From NCBI RefSeq assembly GCF_000400465.1, contig NW_008806282.1, forward strand, positions 20,001 to 268,000: 248,000 bases of DNA. The letters run 5' to 3'. Of the stretch, positions 97,855-110,363 are shown piece by piece (position 1 is the stretch's first letter; the number at the start of each line of letters is the position of its first letter). Origin of the DNA: Wallemia ichthyophaga EXF-994 (lineage: Eukaryota; Fungi; Basidiomycota). The notes below the pieces were generated by a model that did no database searches, was not told the DNA's origin, and saw only the letters and a list, made by a program, of their open reading frames with translations. Both the position numbers and the translations under genes were made by a program.

Positions 97855-100631
97855 CCACCACCTGGATAGCCTGGGTAACCGCCTGGGTATCCTTGCGGTG
97901 GTCTTGGTGGTGGTTGATAAGGGTGCACTGAATGCTCCGGATGCCCTTGATAACCACCATAACCAGGATATACACCATACCTACCATGGGAAGGCATTTC
98001 CATTGGAGGCGGCATCGGTGGTGGCATTGCTGACGGCATAGGTGGTCCTTGCATAGGCATTGGCGGTGGATTATACATTCCAGGTTTCGGTGGCTGGCCA
98101 TATGGCACATGCCCACCCGGTCCACCACCAGGCATACCCATTCCCATACCAGGCATCCCCATTGGCGGTGGGCTTGAGTATGCACCCGGTCCCGGCATAT
98201 ATCCTGGGTCGGGCATAGGTGGGGGCTCGGCGTATGGCATGTAGGGCGTGTGGCGCCCAGGTGGGGTGGGTGGTTTCGTGACGTGTCGTCCATGATACGC
98301 AGCTGGTGGGTATGGAGAGTGTGAGTGTGAGTGTGAGTGCTGCAATGATGGTGTTGATGTTGATGGTCTCGAATGCGTCGGTGGTGGTGGCGCTGGCTGT
98401 TTGCTGTCATTATCCTTCTTGCCCCCACCGCTGTCATTTTTCATTGCTCCTATACCCAAATTAGCTATCGAACTAAGCAATGAGGAATTCTTGCCACCAC
98501 CGCCATCGCCCTGTCCACTGCCACCTTGATTCCCACCGCCACCACGACCCTCAGCATCTCCACCGCCGGCATTTGCGGGCGAGGCATTTGTGTTGATCAG
98601 CCCCCATAATCCTCCGCTCGTAAACTCATTAACTCCCTCCTGACTATTGCCGTATGGATCATTAACCGTTTGGACATGTGTATGAACCTTGTTGGATGAG
98701 TCCATGCAGCTCTGTTTGTTCAAAGCACGCTCAATTTGGTCTATCTTGGGCCCTTGTGCCTTGACCCACTTCTTCATGAACTCGCCCATCTTCGTCTGTA
98801 TCTTGCTATCCTCATTAGCGAAGTATGGGTGATGTATTACTTCCAGAATCTCGTCGATTATACTGTCAGGATTTTCCTGGTTGCCCCAAGCTTCAACAAT
98901 TCTCTTGGTCGTTTGGCTAACTGCAATTTGAGCCAAGTTCCCGCAAGGGTTGTTCAGAAGGTGATCGAAATGGTCCTTGGCGAGACCAGTGTGCGTTGGA
99001 TCTGAACAGTTTGGATCAGTGTATACCTCCAATTGGTTTTTTGTTGCTAAAAGCTCTTCTGAACCCTTACCAATCGAGCTCTTGGCCTGCTTGATAAGAG
99101 GATCAATGAATGGCTCGAGAGTGGAGTAAATAAAGACGGCGATCGAGTTGGATATCTTTTCTACTAACGCGCTCAAACCTGGAATTTTATCTATTGTCAC
99201 TTCGATTGTCTTTGACACTCTGTCTCGGAAACACAGTATCTGCCATAGAACAGCGTATTGTTCCTGGGGGCTCATTTGATCAGGGGATCTCGACGTCGAG
99301 CGGAGGTTGCTGACGTCCTCGAATTCTCTGTTGAGTGAGCGTTGTCCACCGCCACTGTTGCTATCTGTGGTACTCCTAGTGAGTGGAACCTTAGAGCTAA
99401 CTCCGTCTAATTGGAAGATGAGGTCCCTGAGTGTGTCGATGATTGAATTTCCCCCACTTCCTGGCTGACCGCGTGACTTTGTAGTAGAACGATTCACTTC
99501 ATTATGAAGATCTGAGACGGATGCTGAGGTAAGCTTGTCACCAGCTTCACCTAATACACTGGCTGGTGGGTGTCTGAGTTGGGCTGGCAAGCTATTAGAA
99601 GCCACCCACCCATGAAATCCATACCACCAAATGATCCTGTTACTATTGGGGGTACGTTTTCGCCGCTAGGAGCACGTATTCTTACATTTTCACCAACATG
99701 TGGAAACACATCGGTAAGCCCAAGTTTGTAAAGGTAGATTTCAGCAAAATTGGAGTGCGCAGAAAAGTCAGCTAATGTATGGCAGCTTGTACCGAGCCAA
99801 CGAAACGCTTCGAACTCATCTTTGCTGTTTTTAGAGTTCTTATACCTTCTTCCATACTCGATGCAGAGACGTAAGCGTTCACGAACGAGGGCAGTGGAAG
99901 TATCACAAACGCTCTCATTAGCGATGTAGTTCTTCATGCCAGTGCGCGGATCAATTTCCAATTCAATTTGTTGAACAGGTCCTCTGAGACGTTCATCGTA
100001 CTGTTTCGCATCATCGGGGTAGCCTGTGTGTGGGTTAGATGGACGCAAGTAACATGACCACTACCAGCCTTTTGGATTATCAATGTGTTCTGTGGGGAGA
100101 TAAACGCCTAAGCGCTCATCGGTCACTTCAAACTCTTCCGTCGCGTAACCGAAAGCCAAGAAGGACATGACCATGACGATGTTGAGGATTGTCTGCTTAT
100201 TTATCTTGGACAAAGCAGCTGTGTCATTCGCTTGTGAATAATCGCGGAGAAAATCGTAGAAGTAGATGCGCTTGACATCAAGGCTCGTGAATTTGGTACG
100301 CGTCACAGCGGATAGAATACCGCTACCAGACTTCTTATAAAGATCTGCGAGTGCATCCATAATATCACCATGCCGGAATTTCTTTCTGAATTACCTGAGC
100401 AACAGTTTGACTTATCGGAGTAGGTACTTACCCCTGCTTAACCTGAGCATCGGTTTGACGTATCGGGGTAGATACTTACCTCTATACTAGCGTATGAAGG
100501 ACTGATAGCTGTGAGATTTCCGAGATTTCCGAGTCTGATGACTAGTCCACGTACATATTACCAGCACCAAATGCACTGGCTGTAGTTAACAACACGGCCA
100601 CGATCAAGAGCAGAATAACGCCATTTCTCAT
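97845..100631 (-). CDS. Second Het-C domain protein with signal peptide and P/G/Y/M-rich tail
   Basis: AFGAGNIPSY, RHGDI, YLPTEHIDNPKG, CHTLADFSAHSNF, DPTHTGLAKDHF. Confidence 0.88.
100386..100479 (-). repeat. Tandem duplicated 46-nt introns separated by 2 nt
   Basis: 100479-100434 and 100431-100386, 38/46 identical, both GTAAGT...CAG. Confidence 0.9.
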
Positions 100632-102021
100632 TTTGACTGTCAGTGACAGAGTGAGTGCAATAACCTCAGTGTCATCGACGTACAAAATGGAAAAAATAAA
100701 AATCAAGATATACAATTCGTTATAAATCAGCATTGAAACAAATGCAGTCGAGCATTGGCCGTAGCTTCCTTGGATTTCTTTGATGGACCAACGTCATTAT
100801 CTGTCCAAGGGCGCTTCCTTAGCTCTTTATCTCCGCAACTGTTGCAGCGAGTGTAATTTCCATTACCATACAAAGTGCGCTCAGCTATGTTGTTATTCTT
100901 ACAATCAAGATTTGCTTTGTTATGATGTGTTGATTGGTGTGTCTTGGTTTTATGTTGATATTGAAGTGAAATTAATTTGAATATGATTGCGAGAAAGACG
101001 CCGTTCAATACCCACTTTTAAGTACTGGATATGATTTGGTACACTTGATAAACCCAAAATAATCACCCCCAACGAGGCGGACGTTACACGATGGACTGAG
101101 ACATAGTCGAAAACATACGCATATGCACAAACACAAACAGCCACTGGCACAATGACTGGGAGTGCTGACAAGCTCTTTGCTTCAACAAAGCTAAATCGAA
101201 GATGTATCTATGTCGATCTAATGCAGTATGACCTTACCAAAACCAATGAACTGTTTCTGCATGTGATTATAAAGCACAAGATCCATCCTGTTGCCGAGAG
101301 AGCAGTTGTGTTGTTCAGCTTTTGCTAAATCCAACTCAATACGACATCATCTTTTCCGCCGTGATAACAGCACTTTGAGAACATCTTAAGCCTCGCATTA
101401 TTCAAGGTATGGATCGTTTACTGGTAGCCCGTTGCTCTAGACCTTCTTGCCAATTAACAGCCTGCAGAGAGCTGGAATAGTTATGTGTATTGCTATCTTG
101501 GGATATATATATCTGGGCTATTTCCGCTTTACAGAATGCTGCTTGGCGTGTACGAGTAAGCCAAGTCAGAACACCACAGTAAACCGCGAAAGAAATGGAA
101601 TATTGAATTCGAGTGAAACATCACATTTTGTGATCCAATTTATTATATAAACCATTCAACGCCCCTATTCAATCGAAGCATGCCGCCTCGACCAAGCCGC
101701 TAGGCTATCCATGAGCAGATGTGTGGCGGTCCAAACAGCCAACTTTCGGAGAAAATACCCGAGCTTCACGTACTTTAGCCACCCAGCTCCGCTCTGGAAA
101801 ATTTACCATTTCACTTTCTGCAGTCACAGAGAAGATGATTGCACTTAGAATAGTATTCGGATCAAAGTTCTATCAATGAATTATTGAAAGATGCTTATAA
101901 TGTGTGAAGAGAAAAGACACATGGAACATTGTGTATGATCAGCTTCGAGCCATTACTCAGTACGATATTTTTCATGAAAGACATAGTCGCATACGTAAAC
102001 ATACATTCGTATAAATTCACA

Positions 102022-102771
102022 TTAGATGGCGTTCTTGAAGAACGTCGTAAGGCGCTCGTAAGCTTCGACGTACACCTTCTTAGCCTCCTCATCCTGGAGG
102101 TTACATCTAGCAGCAGCAAAGCCGTGAATTGCCTTCTCAGTGTTAAAGTGATGGTACGCATTTTTCTCCTTAAATTCGTTTGACGAGAGGATATCAATAA
102201 CCTTCTTCACTTCACTTCCATCCTCGTCTTTTGATGGGAAGAATCCAATTGGTGTTTTCACCTTCTCCACCACGCCAGCATCCAGCATGGCTGGGTGGAG
102301 AACAGCAACAGCGTCAAACAGCTTAGCATCTTGTGTAGCTGCGTTGAGTGCGATGGCTGCACCCCAGCAGAAGCCAACAAGACCAACCTTGTCATGTTTA
102401 GCACGCAACTCACCGCTAATGTTGATCAACTCAGGGATACGTGCTGGTGGTGCAGCCACAGTGGAAAAGAATTTGCCGAGCTCAGACTGATCGGCTTCAT
102501 TTCCCGGAGGAAACTTCTCTAAAGGGAAAGGTTTACCGCGGAAGAAGTCAGGAAGAACAACTCGATATCCCTTGTCTGCTAATATATCTGCACCTTGCAG
102601 CGTCTGATTAAAGTAGCCAAAGATATCGTATATTCCAACTAGCACAGTCTTTGAGTCTGCTGGACCGGTAACGTAGGCCTTGTTGAAGTAGCCAACCTTC
102701 TCGTATTGGCCTTTTGGTTGGTAGTTTGTTTGATCGATTACGGGTGGGATTGAACAGCAAGCAGCAGACAT
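102022..102771 (-). CDS. Dienelactone hydrolase family protein
   Basis: YDIFG, PDFF, VGFCWG, IHGFAAAR. Confidence 0.92.
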   Translation of the reverse strand: MSAACCSIPPVIDQTNYQPKGQYEKVGYFNKAYVTGPADSKTVLVGIYDIFGYFNQTLQGADILADKGYRVVLPDFFRGKPFPLEKFPPGNEADQSELGKFFSTVAAPPARIPELINISGELRAKHDKVGLVGFCWGAAIALNAATQDAKLFDAVAVLHPAMLDAGVVEKVKTPIGFFPSKDEDGSEVKKVIDILSSNEFKEKNAYHHFNTEKAIHGFAAARCNLQDEEAKKVYVEAYERLTTFFKNAI

Positions 102772-103040
102772 CTTGGTGGTGTGGGATGAAGGATGTGGAT
102801 AAGACTGAGTGATGTCATATTAGATTTGAAGCAGCGGCTGTTTCTTTTCAGTTGCTGATATTCGATTTTTGCTCATCTAGATTTCATTTCATGACAATTT
102901 TGGGATTAGTCCTTGCTGCCCTGTAAAACTCAGTTGAGGAATGACCTTTAAACATTCCTGAATATCGCGAATGCCGCAAATTCCGTAAGGCTAATGCTTT
103001 TCATCTGGTTAATCCTTAGACTTGTATAAACCCGAAACAA

Positions 103041-105261
103041 ATGTCAATTGCAGCTGCGAGATTACCACTGGATTTAGAGCTCCCCAGTGAGAAAATTCAT
103101 ACAACACACATCACAGAAAAGTCGCAGAAGCTGCAGAAGCACGACAGTGCATCTACACTCAGCCTCCCTCTCCACGACTCTGTTGAAGTTCAAGAAAATG
103201 TTGAGACAATCCAAGTAGAAGCCGATACTAACCACATGAACAGGCTCACTGTCGACATTGACGCGACTAGGAACGTTTCAGCATCTCCCTCAGGCACATA
103301 CAATGAGAATAAACGCTCATTTGCACCCAGCCCTGCGAGCGAACAGAACAACGTCGAGGAAGTTGGTCTGTTTCAGAAGTCTTACTATCCTAACTTTATA
103401 CATGCATTGAGAGACTCAAAGTCTACTAGCAGCGGCAGGACTATTATTCTTTGCCTGGATGGTACTGGGGACCAGTTTGATGGCGATAACTCTAACGTCG
103501 TGCGTTTTTTCAGATGCTTGAAGAAGGATGAGCCATCGAAGCAATTAGTCTATTACCAGGCTGGATTGGGTACTTATGTACGCGTTCATAGGCTTCTAGT
103601 CAAGACATTACTGACTCATGTCACAGACCACTACGCGCTCTGCGAACCCAATCACTACCAGGTTGTCAGCAATTGGTGATGTGACTATTGGTGAGTTCTG
103701 TTTTGCCAAGTTGGGTTACTGCTCACACTCAACCAGGCTCCGGGCTCGGTCATCACATTGTAAGACACTCAAATTACGTAAAAAAGAGCGCTAACAGCGA
103801 AATAGCGCGACGCCTATGCATTTTTAATGGAGAATTATACCAAAGGCGACAAGATATGCATGGTCGGTTTCTCTCGTGGTGCGTACTCAGCTCGTGGTTT
103901 AGCCGGAATGCTTCAGAAGGTGGGATTGGTGTTTTACTCCGAATGAGCTGACTTCTTGACAAAGGTTGGACTCCTTCCCAAGGGAAATAGAGAGCAGGTG
104001 GGATTTGATTGATTGATTGATTGATTGGTTGGTTGATTGGTATTAGGTGGGATTTGCATACCACATGTTCAAAGACAACTCAGATGAAGGCTGGAAGATG
104101 AGTCAGCTCTTCAAAGAGACCTTCTCAATCAAAGTGAATATCCACTGGATAGGCGCATGGGACTCAGTGTCGTCTATCGGGTTCATTCCGCGTGATCTAC
104201 CCTTCCACAAATCGAACAATGCCGTGAAAAATTTTACGCATGCAGTAGCACTCGATGAGCACCGCGCCAAATTTAAGGCAGGTCACTGGACGCGCTCTGA
104301 TGAAATGGAGGTACGCATAGGTCCATGGCAGCGTCGAAAGGAGGAATTGAAACCTAAATTCGGAGACATAAACGAGATCGAGGAGGACGATGTTATACAG
104401 GAGCAGAAAGACACAGAAGAAGATCCCAAAAGGGCGGTAGAGAAGAAGCGCGCTAAAGTGATGAAAAACATCAAGGAAATACGTAAACGTACACAGAAAT
104501 CTAGTGGTGAGGATGATACCAGTGTAGATGCATTCAATCCGGAGATTCAGGCGCAATTTGAGATGCTGTTCGAGCTTCAGGATAAGGAAGATCTCAGCGA
104601 GACTAAAGTAAAAGAGGTGTTTTTTACAGGTTGCCATGCAGATGTTGGGGGAGGGTAAATAAAACTGGACGCATCATGGTAACTTTTCCACTAACGTCAT
104701 GATAGGGCCGTTGCCAACCATACTAGACATTCTTTGGCTCGTATACCACTCAGGTTCATGCTAAGACAAGCCTTCAAGGCTGACACAGGGCTCTTGTTTT
104801 CGACAGATCTTCTCGACTATTACGGCCTCGACCTCAACACATTGTACCCATACGTCACTCGCCGCCCTCCGGCGGCTGAGGGGGCTCCAGAAGGCTTTCC
104901 GGAGCTTCCTCAACAAGATAACCCCCGCAGAGTGTTTCCAGAAGCTGTCGAAGATTACTACGATGCGTGAGTGCTTTTAGTTAGCTTGGATGATGCTAAA
105001 AGTCTCAGGCTATGCCCTTATCATGATTACCTCAATTTGTCAAAAGGCTGGTGGGTCCTCGAGCTTTGGCCGCTAAGAGAGATCTACCAAGATGGTCACG
105101 GCAAGTATAGAAAGCGTCTTGCGCCAAACCTTGGCCATCACCGCGCCATAAGAGGTACTAACAACAAGTTCCACCGCTCAGTGGCTATTCGCCAGAAACA
105201 GATTGGATATGATATTAAAGCGCGCATGGTTGACTCGCCTACTGCTCACTGGGTAGGCTGA
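103041..105261 (+). CDS. DUF2235 alpha/beta-hydrolase-like protein
   Basis: LCLDGTG, YYQAGLGT, GFSRGAY, GAWDSVSS, HAVALDEHR, VFFTGCHADVGGG. Confidence 0.9.
103996..104056 (+). repeat. 12-bp direct repeat at both borders of a 49-nt (ATTG)n-filled intron
   Basis: aggtgggatttg at 103996-104007 and 104045-104056. Confidence 0.9.
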
Positions 105262-106563
105262 GACGCGCTTTAGTCACACCGAACCATATCACCACGCTCA
105301 TTCACTTAATTGTTCTCACGCTTCGCTCAAATATTTGCAAACACGTACGCAACGAATACAATGTTAATACACTCCTTAAATCCTAGTACACTTATTACAT
105401 TACTTTATTTGAAAATCCAATTCTTTTGCTCCTAATGCTCCTGCCATACATGAATATTCACTTATTAACTTGCTTAGCATAGCCTGGGCTTCTCGAAAAT
105501 TCAATTCTACCGGTAATGCAACATCTATTGCGTGACGTTGACGTCATCCTAGATAGCTACAGAAATGGGATTTGCTGAGATTTTGAACGTATATCCAGGC
105601 TCCTCAAATGATATTTATTACTGATATACGTCTTCAGGTTGTCACACAACTCACAATAATATCAACTGCTTCCGGTTTTGGATTGCCAGGTCATGCGAAG
105701 GTACCAACTGATAAAAGTGGATAGAGCATCCAATTATTATTTAATGATTCTTTGAAACCCGCTTGTGTAGCTTATGTGGGGCCGATAAGTGAGATTGTCT
105801 GCAGGCAATCATGAGTCATTCTGCCACTTGCAGATGACTCAGAGAAGGATGTCTGGATGTCTATTGGAGGATGTTCTGGAGCACGAATCACATCAAAACC
105901 ATAGGCTGGCTCATCCGAGTAATCCGTGAATGACAGAAGTTACTATTACCACGGTCATGGCGCAATACTGCAGGATAATCAAGGCAAATGCACTTGTATT
106001 GATGTCTGTTTACATTTAGGAATCCCGCATTGCACCCTTGAGCACGCAATTCATGCGCCATTCACACCATAGGTTTATCCAGGATTTTCAAATGCGGCAT
106101 TTCAGGCCAAAAAAACGTATAGGCATAGGTTTTAGATGGCGAATTATCCACGTAATTAGCAAACTACATTAAGGTTAGCATGCATTTGATTACGGCGATA
106201 ATGGTGAAGATTTTAACCGCATTAGATCAAATTCCAAAAGGAGGATTATAGTGATGATATTCAGGGATTATATATGTAAATAGGCTTATATGAAATAAAA
106301 AGCAATTTTTTAAATGGAAATGGGTGCGATCACATTGTACGGCTCTGAAGACGTGGAGTTGACAGATTGTTCACAACTTCCATCATCAGCGCACCGGGCA
106401 AAGCACTGTTAATTTACAAAGCTCAAAATTCAGCAAAATATTCAAATTGATCAAATTAATTCCTTCCAATTTAGGAATTTTGCGCCGAATCCATTAGCGT
106501 ATCCAACATCACAATACGCAACGACACGAACAACACAGTCAACACAATTAAAATTTCTTAATC

Positions 106564-108082
106564 ATGGGATTTTTCGAGAAGAAAGATGCTTTGGATGTAG
106601 AGTCAGCAGCACATAAGCTTGATTCTGATAGCAACCTCGAATCCTCCATTAAAGAGAAGTCTCTTTCTTGGCAACAAGCAAGTTTTTTACTTTTGCTTGA
106701 ATACATCGTCATCGCATTGCTAGCGCTGCCTTCCTCATGGGCTAGTCTTGGCTATGGTGGTGGTACCATTGCAACCATCATCCTTGGTCTCACTGCCGGA
106801 TATACTCAACACGTCTTATGGCGCTTCTGCCTCAAGTTTCCAGAAGTACGCGATATTCTTGACGTGGCTGTTATTCTCGTTGGTGGTGGTGCGTCTTATT
106901 TTTTTATCATCAATTATGAGCTAATGTGACAATATCAGGTAAATGGGGTAAAGTGGCGTGGACGTGCGCATTTATCGGATTAGTACTGAATAACGTTGCT
107001 ATTATGGGATTGCATATTGTCCAATTCAGCCTTAGTATCAACACTCTCTCCGACGGTGCGAGATGCACGCAGGTGTTCGCCGTTTGTGGCACCCTCCTCA
107101 TGCTGCTCATTTCCCTCTTCAGAGAATTGAAGCACATGTCTCTTCTCGGGGCTGTAGCTTCCGGAAGTATGCTCGGCTGCATTATACTCGCAATGATCTT
107201 CTCAGGCGTGCAGGATCTCCCCCCCAACCACTCAGGCGGGCCAATCATCGTCGAGCCGTGGGCCCGAGAGGGAGTCGGTCTTGTAGACGGCAACAACGCT
107301 GTTCTCAACATCCTCTACACCTACGTTGGTCACATTCTCATACCGACCTTCGTGGCTGATATGAAGTGAGTCGTCATCTCGACTATAAGCCTCCCCCTAA
107401 ACACACCCTAGAAATCCAAAAGACTTTGGTAAAGCCATCTACGTCTCTATCACTGCAGAAATTGTCCTCTTCTCACTTGCGGGTGGTATCATATACTCGC
107501 AGGTCGGTGCGGCGGACATGACAAGTCCTGCATACGGATCACTCCAACCTGCCTTTCAAAAGACCATTGCGGCATTTGTGTTACCAACCGTAACCATTGT
107601 CGGCGGTGTATATTGCCTCGTCACTGCGAAGACTGTCTTTTCGAGAGTATTCGCTTTCAACTCGGTACACAGACGGAGTCATACCGTGAAAGGATGGTCT
107701 GCATGGATAGTCATCATTATTCTGCTGTGGATATTAGCTTACATCATCGGACAAGCAATTCCATTCTTCAACGATCTCATTTCGCTAATTAGGTGGGTTT
107801 AATTGCTTTTAGCGGCCTATGAATCACACTTACACTCATCTCAGCTCGCTGTTTGACAGCTGGTTCGGTTTTGTCTTCTGGGGCATTGGATATTTCTTTA
107901 TCTACCGCCGCAAGTCCTTCAGCGGTTGGGGCATCGTGGAGGCGCCACTCAATATTATCATCACTATCGTCGGATTTGTCCTATTGGGCTTGGGCACTTA
108001 TACTTCCGTAGAATCCATTATAGAGAGCTATGACACCGGCAGCATTAAATCACCTTTCTCATGCGTCGATAATGGCTTTTAA
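106564..108082 (+). CDS. Amino acid transporter (Aa_trans/Mtr family)
   Basis: LSWQQASFLLLLEYI, LALPSSW, YTYVGHILIPTFVADM. Confidence 0.9.
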
Positions 108083-108327
108083 GGTGCTTCTAAAAAGCTT
108101 CTCGCGGTTTTGATGACAGATTATACGGAAGATGTTCACTTTTTCTTTACCTTATTACCTTCTTTCTTCTAGGATTTTAGAGACATTTCAACATGCTTAC
108201 GCTTTATGTTTTTACGGATGAATGCTGTCAAAGATATATCTTGTAATTCTACACAAAATAGACATAATATCATATACGGAGTTACATACAATATACAACA
108301 AACGCGAGAGCACCGAAAAAACACTAT

Positions 108328-109872
108328 TCACATAACATATTTGAAATCATAACGTTCATCACCAGTAACGCCATTTCTATCTTGTTCATCTTTTTCCTCC
108401 TGCGTCATGGCTTCCTTGCGTTTGTTCCGTGCTGTGTAGTTGACCCACTGGGCAGCATACAGGACGCATGACATAGCCATCACTGACATACTGACAGCGT
108501 GTCCAATCCTGTTGGTAGTGTAGATTTGGCCTGCAATGATACCACCAATGTTACCAAAACTCTGGTTCATTCCCATTCCAGTTGAGCGCTTAGTTACACC
108601 GCTCGCGTTGGTGTTCCACATTGTTAGATTAAGGCCAACTGTTACGTATATTCCTGTCCCGCAGACAAAGCATGCGAAGTATTGTACACCGACTATATCA
108701 TCAACGCCAAGCAAGATGGCATATCCGGCAACAGTAATAAGAGACGCTGTGATCAGCATCGGTACTCTGTGATTGTAGCGGTCAGCAACCATGGCGCATA
108801 TGACATAAACGATCGCAGCCCAACAATAATTCGCAGCCGAGAGAAGATTGGCATTCACGTAATTGAATCCTAGGTCTTGAATAATTAGCACGAGGAATGT
108901 GGAATATCCAAATAGACAAGTGTCAGCGCCCAGCTGCGCGATGCAAGAGTAGTATACGGCTGGGTCTTTGAGACATTTTTTCACTTCTGTCTTATAATCA
109001 CCCATGAACTGATACTTTGCCCCGTGTGCATACCTCACTTGCATTAGATATTTCTCCCTCTCATTGAGATACCAGGCCGATTGACTATCCTCTGCCAGAA
109101 GGAAGAAGAGCACGATGCCCCAAACGACGGTGAGCAAGCCTTCAAATAGGTAGAGAATCTGCCATCCTTTTAAACCACCACCATTCAATTGTAAAAGTCC
109201 AGAGGAGATAAGGCCACCGAATGCGGAAGAGATGGCTGCTGCGACAAACAACATTGCTGTCCTAAATGCAATCTCGTTTCTTTTGTAAAAAAATGTGATG
109301 TAAATAGCAAGGCAAGGGAAAAGAGCGGCCTCAAAAGCACCTAAAATGAGCCTCAGAGCAACTAGAGTTGCAAAATTTTCCTGAAAACCACTGCCAATGA
109401 CTACAGCGCCCCACAAAATCATTATAGCGCTCATCATATATCTTACCGGAAATCTTTTCATAAGACTTGATAGAGGTGCTTCAAACAGGACGTAGAGTAC
109501 GTAGAACACACTGGTTGCAATGTTAATGCCATTCGAGGGCATGTTGTTCAAGTCTTCTACCATTCCGCCTGAGGCTGCATTTCCAATGTTGCTTCTCTAA
109601 TATGGCGTGAGTGTGAGGTGTCTGAAATAGACAACTACGCACGTCTAAAAAAGATAAGAAGTAGGAGAAGCTAGTAGTAGTCAGATTGTATCTAAAGAAA
109701 TACTCCAAACTCACCCCAAAACAGGACATATGAATAGGTCTAGCTTTCGCACTAGCTTTTTTTCTTCTTTGGGATCAATTTGGACAGTGGAGAGGTCTTC
109801 CTCATGGTCATTGATACGGAAAGACTGGACTGAACCGTTGATTGAATTGTTGTCCTTTTCTTTGTCGTTCAT
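108328..109872 (-). CDS. MFS anion:cation symporter (Dal5/Tna1 family)
   Basis: RKLDL, RLILGAFEAALFP, FYKRNE, GWQILYLFEG. Confidence 0.9.
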
Positions 109873-110363
109873 TTTGTGTTGAGTGTTTTATTGACAATAT
109901 AAATCACGCGAGATAAGGAAGTGATAGTAATATATGACCAATTCTTATCTTATCGCTTAGAAGAATGCTGATAGCTAACTTCTGACTTCTGCTGACTTCT
110001 GCTGACTGCTACAAAGACACGAGTCTTCGACCACCTTCGGCTCTACTCCAAGAATTAATAAAACCAGTCTATTTATATCACCGAGCTGCGTGATCTTGTT
110101 CACTGCAGGTTGAAATTTGACAGCTTTATAGTCAGATGACGTCGTCAATTTCGTCTATTGGTTCTTCCCTGCGGAAAATCCGATTGAGATTAGTCTTATG
110201 AATATTTTCAGCTCACGCTTCCTGCAGTGCCCTCCTGACCCAGTCACACCATCGGCTGGGCAGATAAGATTCATCTCGGCTAGAGGTTTCGCTTCAAATA
110301 ACCTCTAAGACCTTGCTATCGACTTCGTTTCGTCATACAACCAAACAACCAACCAATAACGAA

